Source of the DNA: Nitrospinales bacterium
Lineage (GTDB): Bacteria; Nitrospinota; Nitrospinia; Nitrospinales; VA-1
Direction: 5' to 3'
Length of the DNA stretch: 64,000 nt
Assembly: GCA_965223795.1 (NCBI GenBank)
Contig: CBDCXL010000002.1
Span: forward strand, 2,496,001-2,560,000
Below the pieces are notes generated by a model. That model did not search any database and was not told where the DNA came from. It saw only the letters and a program-made list of their open reading frames with translations. Of this stretch, positions 1-9,647 are shown one piece after another (the stretch's first letter is position 1; every line of letters starts with the position of its first letter). Position numbers and translations under genes: made by a program.

Positions 1-698
1 AGCAGGCGCTGGTACAGGGGCAGGGCTTTTTCGTAGGATTCCTGAATCCGGTACAGGTCGGCAAGATTATGAACGGCAATGCCGATGTGGGCGTGCCCCG
101 GCTCCAGCACGCTTTCGAAAATCTCCAGCGAGCGCTGGTACAGCGGCTCGGCCTGGGCGTACATTTTGTTCTGTTTGTACAGCTCGCCAAGGTTGTTGAG
201 GGTGCTGGCGACGCTCTGGTGGTCGCTTCCCAGAGTGTCTTCGCGGATGCGGATGGCCACCCGGTAAAACTGCTCGGCGCGCGAGAACACGCCGGTTTTG
301 CGGTACACGTCTCCCAGGCTGTGCAGCGTGGACGCCACGTGCGAGTGGTTGGTGCCGAGGATCTTTTTAAACAGGTTGAGCGCTCTCAGAAAATAGATTT
401 CCGCGTCGGAGTAGTTGTTGTCCTTGAAATGGATTTCACCGATCTTGTTGATCGTCTTGGCGACTTCAAGGTGGTCGGTGCCGTGGATCTTGATTTTCAG
501 TTCCAGAATGTCCGCCGCGTAGGGAATCGCTTCCTTATAGTTTCCGGTATCGTAATGCCGGGTGAGTTCCGCTTGCAGTTTTTCCAGCCGCTCTGTGTTT
601 GCCTGCACCGTTTGAAGACTGACGAAAAAGAGGAGGATCCCGATTGTTAAAATCGTGGATGTCTGTTTTGTGTGCCGAAGAAGGATGCGGCGGGTCAT
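1..698 (-). CDS. Secreted TPR-repeat protein (kinesin-light-chain/TPR_12 type), runs off the window start
   Basis: Manual translation from ATG at 698 (GGAGAG RBS): MTRRILLRHTKQTSTILTIGILLFFVSLQTVQA signal-like segment, then repeats such as LGSDHQSVASTLNNLGELY...AEPLYQRSLEI. Absent from the ORF track because it has no stop in the window. Confidence 0.85.
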   Translation of the reverse strand, partial: MTRRILLRHTKQTSTILTIGILLFFVSLQTVQANTERLEKLQAELTRHYDTGNYKEAIPYAADILELKIKIHGTDHLEVAKTINKIGEIHFKDNNYSDAEIYFLRALNLFKKILGTNHSHVASTLHSLGDVYRKTGVFSRAEQFYRVAIRIREDTLGSDHQSVASTLNNLGELYKQNKMYAQAEPLYQRSLEIFESVLEPGHAHIGIAVHNLADLYRIQESYEKALPLYQRL

Positions 699-1094
699 GT
701 CACTCTCCCTATATAGGATATAAAATGAACCGGTTTAAGGTTGGGGCCTGGCGTTCGCCGGTTGCGGGCTGGGGTCCGGAAAGGCTTGGCGTTTCGGGAT
801 GGAATCAGGGTGGAGTGCGCCATGCCCGGGTGTGTCCGGAATTCCCGCCGGTTCTTGGAAAAATACATTAACTTTCAACATGTTTAAGGTTGATTATTGA
901 CACTGTATTCCTCAATATAATCCTTGTCAATGTATTCATAATTAAATTTTTTTAAGCATTATCGGAAAGGCTGATATTTAATAAGGTAGCGGGGTTTTTA
1001 TTTGCCGCCCGGTAGTGAAAATCTAATCCGGTTTTGACAAAACTGCGTATTTTTAATGCTTTTCAATCTATCTTAATGAAAAGGAAAGGAGTGC

Positions 1095-1625
1095 ATGAAC
1101 CCCTGGCACGACGTTGATCTCGGCAATGAGGTTCCGTATCGGATTCCCGCCATTATCGAGGTTCCGAAAGGATCGAAAACCAAGTACGAGCTGGACAAGG
1201 ACACGGGGCTGATCCGGGTGGACCGGATTCTCTACAGCTCCGTGCAGTACCCCGCAAATTACGGTTTCATTCCCAGGACGCTGTGCGAGGACCACGATCC
1301 TCTGGATATCCTGGTTCTGGGGCAGGAGCCGGTGTATCCTCTTTCCATCGTGGTCGCCAAGCCCATCGGGCTGATGAAAATGGTCGATCATGGGGAAGCG
1401 GATGATAAAATCATCGCGGTGCACGAGCACGACCCGGAATACTCGCATTACCAGTGCATGGATGAACTGCCGCCGCACCGGATGAAAGAGGTGAAAAAAT
1501 TTTTTGAGGATTACAAAGTTTTAGAGAAGAAACTTGTGGTGGTGGAAGACTTTCTCGGGCAGCAGGAAGCGCTGCAGGTGATCGACGAATCGCTCGAGAT
1601 TTACCGAAACTCGGTCGCTCCATGA
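1095..1625 (+). CDS. ppa: Family I soluble inorganic pyrophosphatase
   Basis: [36 protein letters not shown] and DDKIIAV motifs; AGGAAAGGAG RBS. Confidence 0.97.
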   Translation: MNPWHDVDLGNEVPYRIPAIIEVPKGSKTKYELDKDTGLIRVDRILYSSVQYPANYGFIPRTLCEDHDPLDILVLGQEPVYPLSIVVAKPIGLMKMVDHGEADDKIIAVHEHDPEYSHYQCMDELPPHRMKEVKKFFEDYKVLEKKLVVVEDFLGQQEALQVIDESLEIYRNSVAP

Positions 1626-1752
1626 GGGGTTGAACGCCCACGCAGGTGTGGTGTTCCGGCGTGGACGGAGCGGCCCAGGATGCCGTTTCGTTCTGTTATT
1701 GCGCACACCCGGCCGGCATTTCCGCCGGCCGTTTTTTAAAGGAAGTCAATCG

Positions 1753-2019
1753 ATGGAAGAAAGTTCGTCTGAAAACCGGATCAACGATCCGGACAAGGAG
1801 CGGTTCATCCTGAAGTTTCAGGCCGCCACCGGGTTCACGGTGGTGCTGGAGTATCCGGGGCCGAAAAAGCTGGAGGCCGACCGCAAAAGGATCGAGGAAG
1901 CGGGGCTCACCTGCGAACGCATCCCGAAATGGCATGCCAAGTTCGACAGCGCCGACCTGTATATGGACATGCGCAGCCCGGTCTGTGCCGGTCAGTTTGA
2001 ACTGGAAGACTGGATATAA
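1753..2019 (+). CDS. Small hypothetical protein (about 88 aa)
   Basis: 3' part of ORF 1630-2019; ATG at 1753 follows AAGGAAG; GC3-rich codon usage. Confidence 0.6.
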   Translation: MEESSSENRINDPDKERFILKFQAATGFTVVLEYPGPKKLEADRKRIEEAGLTCERIPKWHAKFDSADLYMDMRSPVCAGQFELEDWI

Positions 2020-2284
2020 CGTCCGGGTCTCGTTTGCCTGCCGGGATTCGACTGTTTGCGGAAACGCCGTTTTCCACTCGCGCAAAGCATTGCATGAATG
2101 GATAGCGAATTCAGAATGGATTCGTTCAAACACGTTGACTTCCACCGGGTCGTTTCCGATAATTAATACAGAAGCCCGTTGTTGAGGGATTGTGTTTCCC
2201 GCCTCCGTTCTCAACTCCGCGACCGCTCTGTCATCCCTCTCAACCCCTCCAGAACTGAACCCTGCCTTTTGAAGGAGGTTTGCC

Positions 2285-3517
2285 GTGAAGCGCTTGTCCG
2301 GTTTCTTCCGTTTGGGCCTGTGTCTGCTGCTTTTTCCGGTCTGTACGCTTGCCGGGGCTCCGGCGATTGCCCTGGGGGAGGGCATTTCGGTGCCGGTCCG
2401 GGATCTCGACCGCAAGGCGGCGGATCTTTTCCGGTCCGGCCGCTACAACGAGGCGCTGCCTCTCGCTTTGCACGCCTTTCGCCTGAAAGAGAAAAAGCTG
2501 GGGCCCGGTCATCCGGATCTGGCCGCGCCGCTCATTCACCTGGGCGACCTGCACCGCAAGCTCGCGCAATACGATGCGGCGGAACCGTTGTACCGGCGCG
2601 CGCTGGAAGTGCTGAAGCCGCTGTTGTCGAAGCGCAACCCGAAACGCGCCGCGGCGATCAACAGCCTGGCGCTGATCCATTTTCAAAAGGGCGAGCACGG
2701 CAAGGCGGAAACGCTGTTTTTCCAGTCCCTGCGCATGTTCGAGCAAATCTACGGCATGCGGCACCCCAACCGCGCGGCCTCCATCAACAATCTGGCGCGT
2801 CTTTACGAGAGCATGGGCGAGTACGACAAGGCCCGCGAGCTGTACGAGCAGAGCCTCAAACTGCTGAAGCGGGCGCTGGGACCGGAACATTCTTATGTGG
2901 CGGCTGCGTACAACAACCTGGCCCTGCTGCATCGAAAAACGGGAGAGCCGGGCGCCATCGAAGGTCTCTATAAAAAAGCGATCCGCATCTATGAAAACGC
3001 GGAACTGACGGAGCACCCGCATTTCGCGACCACGCTCAACAACCTCGCGGACCATTACCTGGCCTCCCACGTGTACGGTCCGGTCGAACCGCTGCTCCTG
3101 CGGTCGCTGTCGATCCGGGAAAAGATTCTGGGGCGGGAGCATCCCGACCTGGCGTACACCCTGGACAGCCTCGCCGCTTATTACCAGGACGTCGGCCGTT
3201 TTTCGCGGGCGAAGGCGCTGGTGACGCGTTCCCTGACCATCCGGGAAAAAGCGCTGGGCCCGCACCACCCCTATGTGGCGCGCTCTCTGGAAACCCTGGC
3301 CGCGCTGCATCAGGAACTCGGCCGCTACGAGGAGGCGGCGCCGTTGCTCACGCGTTCCTTGAGGATCAAGGAAGACGCTCTGGGGGCGGGGCATCCCGAG
3401 GCGGTTGAGGCGCTTAAAAAGCTGGCCGGGCTGTATGAGGAAAAAGGCGACCACCAGCGCGCCGAACAACTGCACTACAGCGCTCTCAAACTCCAGCGCG
3501 GCAACGAAACTCCCTGA
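2285..3517 (+). CDS. Secreted TPR-repeat protein (TPR_10/TPR_12)
   Basis: Signal-peptide-like N-terminus; about 8 repeats of LGxxHPxxAxxLNNLAxLY...AEPLxxRSLxIRE; AAGGAGG RBS. Confidence 0.92.
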   Translation: MKRLSGFFRLGLCLLLFPVCTLAGAPAIALGEGISVPVRDLDRKAADLFRSGRYNEALPLALHAFRLKEKKLGPGHPDLAAPLIHLGDLHRKLAQYDAAEPLYRRALEVLKPLLSKRNPKRAAAINSLALIHFQKGEHGKAETLFFQSLRMFEQIYGMRHPNRAASINNLARLYESMGEYDKARELYEQSLKLLKRALGPEHSYVAAAYNNLALLHRKTGEPGAIEGLYKKAIRIYENAELTEHPHFATTLNNLADHYLASHVYGPVEPLLLRSLSIREKILGREHPDLAYTLDSLAAYYQDVGRFSRAKALVTRSLTIREKALGPHHPYVARSLETLAALHQELGRYEEAAPLLTRSLRIKEDALGAGHPEAVEALKKLAGLYEEKGDHQRAEQLHYSALKLQRGNETP

Positions 3518-3524
3518 CCGGGCC

Positions 3525-3789
3525 CCGCCCGGTGGGAACGGGTCGGGCGGCCAGGAGCGGTCTTTCCCTGTTTGCATATGGCGAAACGTTCACGCCCACC
3601 TGCTCAGCCATCGGCCGGGCCATGCCCGGTGAGGACAGGATGAACCGTGAAGGCTCTTCTTTTTTTACTTCCCAGAAAAAAGCGGGCTTCAACTCCGGGT
3701 TCGGCGCTGCGCCGGACTCCGCCCGGTGGGAACGGGTCGGGCGGCCAGGAGCGGTCTTTTCCTATTTGCATACTGCGTAACGTTCACGC
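3525..3789. repeat. 71-bp imperfect direct repeat (3525-3595 and 3719-3789)
   Basis: CCGCCCGGTGGGAACGGGTCGGGCGGCCAGGAGCGGTCTTT...AACGTTCACGC occurs twice, with 5 mismatches by eye. Confidence 0.9.
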
Positions 3790-4131
3790 TTGCCCGCTTA
3801 ACCCTTGTACCGGGCCCCTGCCGGTGGCGTGAAGCGGGGCAGGGCGGGCGTCCTGCCTTTTCTCGAAGCAGTTTCTTTTTTTCTTTCCTGATAGTATCGG
3901 TTCCCCGATAGTTTGTCCGAATCCCTGCGAAAATTTTACTGTTTTGCACCGTCCCGGTTGCCTTTCCACGCGTGGTTTTCGCTCTGAAATATAAATGTCT
4001 TAAAGATTCCTTGGATTAATTTTAATTAATATTCACATTTTTAACTCGACATTCGTCAAGTTTTCCTGCATTTGTGGAAATATTGACGTGCCGATATTGG
4101 GATAAGTCTATATATTTAAATAAACTTAAAA

Positions 4132-4148
4132 TTGGCATGAACATTGCT
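4132..4148 (+). promoter_or_regulatory. Sigma-54 (-24/-12) promoter
   Basis: TTGGCATGAACATTGCT, GG-N10-GC, in AT-rich intergenic DNA upstream of 4378. Confidence 0.75.
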
Positions 4149-4377
4149 CTTTAAGCATCAATTATTTAGCAGGATGTGTGAATTGACACCCTAAAAATCA
4201 AAGGCTTTGGCCTTGATTCGCGGGTGGGCCCTTCATTCATGCGAAACCGGGCATCAGCATGCCGAAGACAATGCCTGATCCGGGACTCTTGCGAATGGCC
4301 GGAACGTTTTTTCAGAGGACATCCGGATACGAAGGCAGGAACCGGCGAGCCCAAATTCATTGTGAGGGAGAAGGCTT

Positions 4378-4596
4378 ATGATCAAGGCAGTCACGCAGTA
4401 CGTCATCGTATGCGACAACGTTTTTTGCGATTCGACGATGCGGGCGGGGGTGGACTTTCACTCGTACGACCGCAGGGAGCAGTTCAAGCAGAAGGTGAGA
4501 AACAGAGGGTGGGGCGGAATTGTTGAAGACAATGAGGACACACGGCACATCTGCCCGAGTTGCCGTGACTTTGACCTGGGAGTGTACAAAAAATGA
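4378..4596 (+). CDS. Small putative Zn-binding protein (72 aa)
   Basis: CDNVFC and HICPSC Cys pairs; GAGGGAG RBS; ATGA overlap with the next gene. Confidence 0.7.
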   Translation: MIKAVTQYVIVCDNVFCDSTMRAGVDFHSYDRREQFKQKVRNRGWGGIVEDNEDTRHICPSCRDFDLGVYKK

Positions 4597-4958
4597 ACGC
4601 AAAACAAGAAGAAGCGAAAACCCATCAATCTTTGGCGAACAAAGTCCGGCAGGCACGCGAGGACCGGATGATGAGCAAGGCGGAACTGGCGCGCAAAGCG
4701 GGCCTGACCGTGCAGACGATCGACCGCATCGAGCGCGGACACGAATGCCGGCTGGCCACGAAGCGGAAGATCATCCTTGCGCTGGGCTACGATCTGGCTG
4801 ACCGGACGAAGATTTTCGTTCCGTCGGACACGCACGATGACGAACACATTGGCGAAGATTCTTCCGATATGGATTCCTCGGACATCGGTTCGCACCTCAT
4901 CGGCAGTGAGAAAGAACGGATGCGGATTCTGCGGAAAAAGGCGCCGATGCAGTCTTGA
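4593..4958 (+). CDS. XRE-family HTH regulator with acidic C-terminal extension
   Basis: MMSKAELARKAGLTVQTIDRIERG HTH_3 motif. Confidence 0.88.
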   Translation: MNAKQEEAKTHQSLANKVRQAREDRMMSKAELARKAGLTVQTIDRIERGHECRLATKRKIILALGYDLADRTKIFVPSDTHDDEHIGEDSSDMDSSDIGSHLIGSEKERMRILRKKAPMQS

Positions 4959-5186
4959 CGGTTATGGGGCGTATTCCGCCCTTGCAGACTTTTGCCCGCC
5001 TCACTCCGATCCATGCTCCAGGATGCGGGTTCGCATCGCAGCATCGCGCACCGGCCTGCAATCAGGCCGGGTTTGAACGCAGGCCCTTCGGGTCGCGTGC
5101 GACAGCGCATTGCCGGAAATATAAGGTAAATTCCGCCAAGGAAGGCGGAGTCGGCACTTGTTTCGATTCCATTTTCGGGACTGTCG

Positions 5187-5585
5187 TCAATCCGCCGCCT
5201 CGTTTTCTACCTCGTGGTGGTAATAGTTGGCAAAGTCCTTGACGGATAAAATCCCGACCACTTTCTGGCTGTCCGTCACCGCAATGTGCCGGATGTTGTT
5301 CTGGTGCATGCAGCGGTAGGCGTCCATCATGGATTTTTCCCTGTCCAGGGTGATCAGCGGCTGGGTCAGGATGTCGGCGATCCGGGTTTTTTCCGGGTCG
5401 CGTTTTTGGGCCAGCACTTTGTGCGTGAAATCCACCGTCGTGACGATCCCCAGATAATTCTCGCCGTCGTAAACCAGCAACGCCCCCACCTTGTTTTTGA
5501 GCATGAACTCCGCCGCTTCGGATACAGAGGCCTTGGGGTTCACACTCAGCAGCGACTCTTCCATGAACTGATGAATCCGATCCAT
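5187..5585 (-). CDS. CBS-domain pair protein
   Basis: Two CBS repeats (VGALLV...LGIVT; NIRHIAV...VVGILSVKD). Confidence 0.92.
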   Translation of the reverse strand: MDRIHQFMEESLLSVNPKASVSEAAEFMLKNKVGALLVYDGENYLGIVTTVDFTHKVLAQKRDPEKTRIADILTQPLITLDREKSMMDAYRCMHQNNIRHIAVTDSQKVVGILSVKDFANYYHHEVENEAAD

Positions 5586-5815
5586 TTTTTCTCCTTTCGA
5601 ACTCCCTGAAAATCAGAGCGATTGTATCCCGGCGGCGGCAATCCCCTTGAAAAACTGTGTTCTATTTTATAATTTTATGGTACAATATTGTATTAAAAAA
5701 TATAATTGAGTCTTTAATTGTTTAAATTATTGATGCCGCCGCCGTTTCGGCCTAATGTGCGGTTAATCAATAACTTTAACTTTGATCCCCGGCTTGCCGG
5801 GGAGGAGAACGGTCC

Positions 5816-6397
5816 ATGAGCACCACTGGCTTTGTGATTCTGGGAATCCTGCTGTTCGGGGTGGTGGCCATTGTGGGATACGCCTTCGTCATCTACAACG
5901 GCCTGATCGCCCTCAAGGAAAACATCCAAAAATCCTGGTCGAACATCGACGTGATCCTCAAGCAGCGCTACGACGAGCTGCCCAAGCTGATTTCCGTGTG
6001 TGAGAGTTACGCGGCGTTTGAAAAGGGAGTGCTCGACCGGTTGATGCAGGCGCGGGAAAAATACGTGGGCGCCGGCAGTGTCGGTGAAAAAGCGCAGGCC
6101 AGCGGGGAGATCAGCGCGGCGTTGAAAAGCCTGTTCGCCCTGGCGGAGAACTACCCCGAGCTCAAGGCCAACACGAATTTCATGCAGCTGCAGAACCGGA
6201 TTTCCCACCTGGAGGAGTCGCTGGCGGACCGGCGCGAATTCTACAACGACAGCGTCAACAACTACAACATCCGCATCCAGCAGATTCCGGATGTGTTCGT
6301 GGCTTCCTTTTTGCGCTACCAGCGCGAGGAGATGTTCCAGGTTTCCGAGCAGGAGCGTCAGGACGTGGACGTGAAAATCAAACTGCCGCAGATGTGA
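5816..6397 (+). CDS. lemA: LemA family protein
   Basis: N-terminal TM, WSNIDVILKQRYDELPKL, ALAENYPELKANTNFMQLQ, RREFYNDSVNNYN. Confidence 0.95.
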   Translation: MSTTGFVILGILLFGVVAIVGYAFVIYNGLIALKENIQKSWSNIDVILKQRYDELPKLISVCESYAAFEKGVLDRLMQAREKYVGAGSVGEKAQASGEISAALKSLFALAENYPELKANTNFMQLQNRISHLEESLADRREFYNDSVNNYNIRIQQIPDVFVASFLRYQREEMFQVSEQERQDVDVKIKLPQM

Positions 6398-6403
6398 CCT
6401 CCC

Positions 6404-7385
6404 ATGTACATCAACATGGAAACGCTACTTTTTTGCACGGCAGGGACCGGTTTCGGGGTCTACTGGTTTCTCTCCGGGTTTCGCGAGCTGAAATCCTCCC
6501 GCACCATCCAGAACATCCCCACCTCGCGCATCGCCACCGGCGCGGTGGGCACCAACGTGGAGATCAAGGGAACCCTCCTGCGGCCTGACGGGAACCTTTT
6601 GAACGGGCCGATCAGCAACAAACCCTGCACGTTTTTTTCCATCGAAATCCAGAAGCTCGTGCGCAGCAAGAACAACAAGCGCTGGGTGCGGGTCGATCAG
6701 TTTTATTCGGACGATCACTTTTATTGTGGACGACGGCAGCGGCGCGCTGGCCCAGGTGTTCGTGCGCGGCGCGGTCATCCAGAGGAAAGGCGGGAACCAC
6801 ACGTTCCGCTCCCGTTCCAGCAATTTCGGAACCATGCCGGGCAGTCTGCGGGCCGCTCTGGAAACGAACAGCGGCCGGCTGCGTTCGTTCCGCCTCAATC
6901 CGACCTCCTGGTTTTTTTCCAGCGAGTACCGCTTCATCGAGTGGTGTTTCGAGCCTGGCGAAACCGTTTATGTGCTGGGCTATGCCGATTCGGGCCTCAA
7001 GCCGGTAAAAAGGATCAAACTGAAATTCGCGCATTACCTTGCGGGCAAAAAACGGGTCGAAGCCGAGGCCGCTTTGCAGGAACGCTTCGACATCAACCGG
7101 GACGGCGTGCTCGATGAACGCGAGATGGAGCGGGGTGCGCAGGTGGTCGGCCTGAAGCTGCAGGAGGCCGCGGATTCCACGGCGGTGGAAGAGGCGCCTG
7201 CCAGCGCAAAAATGGTTTTCCGCCAACGCAAACCGCATCCTTTTTTCATCAGCAACATGAAGGAAGAAGACCTGGTGAAAAAACTCTCCTGGAAAGCCGC
7301 CCTCAAGCTGTGGTTCGGGCCGGCGGTGGCGATCGGCTGCGCCGCCTACCTGTTCTGGTTTCTCATGCTGGGTAAAGACCTTTAA
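6404..7385 (+). pseudogene. Membrane protein with GIDE-like domain and EF-hand, split by a +1 frameshift near 6719-6722
   Basis: ORFs 6404-7117 and 6726-7385 join if one T is removed from CACTTTTATTGTG (giving D-H-F-I-V-D-D-G-S-G); IQNIPTSRI...VEIKG, DDGSG, EPGETVYVLG, PFFIS and terminal TM helices. Confidence 0.75.
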
Positions 7386-8101
7386 TACCTCTTAAGTGTT
7401 CGGATAATGGAAAACTTCAAACAGGAAGCCGTTTCTGAAAACGTATCCCTGCCATTCCTGTCAAGCGAACCGTCCGTCGTTGCAGCCGCAATTTTCTTTT
7501 TTCTTATAGGTGTTTCTCCGTTTTTCAATCATGAAATCCACAATATATTTCCAAATTTGCTGGGCAAGGATCTTTAACAGGGCGGGAAGTTCATATTAAA
7601 AGCGTGCAACCGCATCGGATATGAATTGCCCGAACTGATTGCGATTTCCTGGATCGATCATCTATTTAAGCAGTAGATTGGAGGTTTCTGTGTTAATTCA
7701 CGGTGCTTACAATGGACTTCTTGTTTTGTCCTCAAGGATGTGGATGAATTGAAAAACTATGATTCACTGATGACTATGGGATTTTTATGGTTCTCGATTT
7801 GGGTTCACGGGAATTGTTTAAGGTGTCACATAAAGTCTTGACTCTTGTGGGAACTCGCTTTATCTTTACAAGGAATTTTCTGCTGCCGGAGCGGAGAATT
7901 TCCTTTTGCTGCAATTTCGGGTTTCTTTCTTCGACCATCAGCGATGGCATTGGCGTTGGGAGGCGCTCCCATCCGTTTGCAGTCTACCCGCCGAAACTTG
8001 AAACCCGTATCCCGCAATCCGGCGTTTCTTTCCCATCAAATGGCAGCGCTTTCCTATATGTGCCACGCATTTTCAACCCCAGGAATTGAGAACCTGAAAC
8101 C

Positions 8102-8950
8102 ATGGATATCAACCATCTGTTGGATGGAGAAGACCAGCTCGCCACCCTTCCGGAAGTCTTTTACAAGCTGAACGCGGCGATCGAGGATCCGGACTGCACC
8201 TTCGACGAGATCGGCGAGATCATCAGCGTGGATCCGGGTCTGACGGCGCGGCTTCTGCGCATCGTCAACAGCGCCTTCTACGGTTTTTCCACCCAGGTCG
8301 AAACGGTGACGCATGCTCTGACCATTATCGGAACGGATCAGTTGACCCAGCTGGTGCTCGCGACCTCGGTGATGAGCCAGTTCAAGGACGTTCCGGCGGA
8401 TCTGCTCGACATGGAATCGTTCTGGCAGCACAGCATCGCGGCGGGACTGGCGGCGCGCACACTGGCGGCGCTGAGCGGCGAGTACAACGTCGAGCGGTTT
8501 TTCGTGGCGGGGTTGCTGCACGACATCGGCCGGCTGATCCTGTGCGTGCGCGCACCGGAAAAAACCAGGGAAGTGCTGGAAGCCGGAGCCAAAAGCGAAC
8601 GGCCGCTATACGTGGTGGAGCAGGAAAAGCTGGGCTACGACCATGCGGAGGTGGGCGGCAGGCTGCTGTTGAGCTGGAACCTGCCGGAGCGGCTGGCCGA
8701 ATCGATCCGCTGGCACCATCAGCCTGCCAAGGCGCGCAACCACGTGGAAGAGGCGGCGGTGGTGAACCTGGCGGACGGCATCGCCTATTCGATGGAAATC
8801 GGCGGCAGCGGCGAAACCTTTCTGGCGCCTCTGGAGCCCAAGTGCTGGGAGCAGGTGGGACTGCCCGAAAGCCTGTATCTGCCGATGGTGAAGGAAAAGG
8901 TGGACCTGCAATTCGAAGACGTGGCGGGCATCCTTCTGCAAACCGCCTGA
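8102..8950 (+). CDS. HDOD-domain protein
   Basis: LATLPEV, DPGLTARLLRIVNSAFYG, FWQHS, AGLLHDIGRL, GYDHAEVG, IRWHHQP. Confidence 0.95.
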   Translation: MDINHLLDGEDQLATLPEVFYKLNAAIEDPDCTFDEIGEIISVDPGLTARLLRIVNSAFYGFSTQVETVTHALTIIGTDQLTQLVLATSVMSQFKDVPADLLDMESFWQHSIAAGLAARTLAALSGEYNVERFFVAGLLHDIGRLILCVRAPEKTREVLEAGAKSERPLYVVEQEKLGYDHAEVGGRLLLSWNLPERLAESIRWHHQPAKARNHVEEAAVVNLADGIAYSMEIGGSGETFLAPLEPKCWEQVGLPESLYLPMVKEKVDLQFEDVAGILLQTA

Positions 8951-9024
8951 AACAACCGAAAACAATCACACCCCTTTAGCACCATCCCCGGAATCTTCCT
9001 AGCCGGGGTTCGTTCTCTCCTGCC

Positions 9025-9237
9025 TTAAAAATTCACAAGATCGTCGTCGTCGAGGATGCTTTCCGCGAGGCCTTTTTCGATGATGGCGTCCGCCAGTTCT
9101 CCGTGGCCTCCCGGTTCGTAGTCGTCCACGTTCTGTTCGTCGAAATCGTCGAAATAGATGCCGTGCTCGCCTTCAACCCATTCGCGGACCGGATTGCTGA
9201 ACCGCAACACTTTTTGCACTGCTTCCAGTTTTTCCAT
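9025..9237 (-). CDS. Small acidic hypothetical protein (70 aa)
   Basis: ORF with genome-typical codon usage; D/E-rich. Confidence 0.7.
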   Translation of the reverse strand: MEKLEAVQKVLRFSNPVREWVEGEHGIYFDDFDEQNVDDYEPGGHGELADAIIEKGLAESILDDDDLVNF

Positions 9238-9318
9238 GAGGTTTGAACGCGATGCTTCGGGTTTGCGCCCGCATCCGGTCCTGAAAGCTAAAGGGGGTGC
9301 GGAAGAAAGGGGGACGGC

Positions 9319-9510
9319 TCAGTTTAAGGACAGCAGCACGCCGGCTTTGCCGATGCGCTCCGCCAGCTGCGGGTAAAAGAAATAGCCCCGCTCCTGTTTC
9401 AGAGAACCGCGGTCGCGCTTCAGGCCGTCCCGCAGCCGGAGCACTTCGCGCAGGGTCAGGGGCCGCGCCCGGTTGAGGAAAGAGAATGCTGGAGCGTCTT
9501 GTTTTTTCAT
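9319..9510 (-). CDS. Small basic hypothetical protein
   Basis: 3' part of ORF 9319-9618 (MKKQDAPAF...); start uncertain. Confidence 0.4.
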   Translation of the reverse strand: MKKQDAPAFSFLNRARPLTLREVLRLRDGLKRDRGSLKQERGYFFYPQLAERIGKAGVLLSLN

Positions 9511-9647
9511 ATCGCCCATGGGTTCCTGCAGGGTTGGACATTCACCGCAATGATCTTTAGATTCAAAAAATCCGCGAATGTTTCTGGGAAATGCGATTTT
9601 TTGACGATTTTTCCTCATTTTCCTGCCAGGAGAATGAAAACAAAGCC

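Noticed and set aside
897..921. Perfect TTGACA and TATAAT hexamers upstream of ppa
   Set aside because: Spacer is only 13 bp, too short for one sigma-70 promoter; probably overlapping divergent promoters that I cannot resolve.
4218..4228. 11-mer TCGCGGGTGGG found upstream of both XRE paralogues (other copy 22359-22369, minus)
   Set aside because: Short and GC-rich, flanks do not align; cannot be distinguished from chance.
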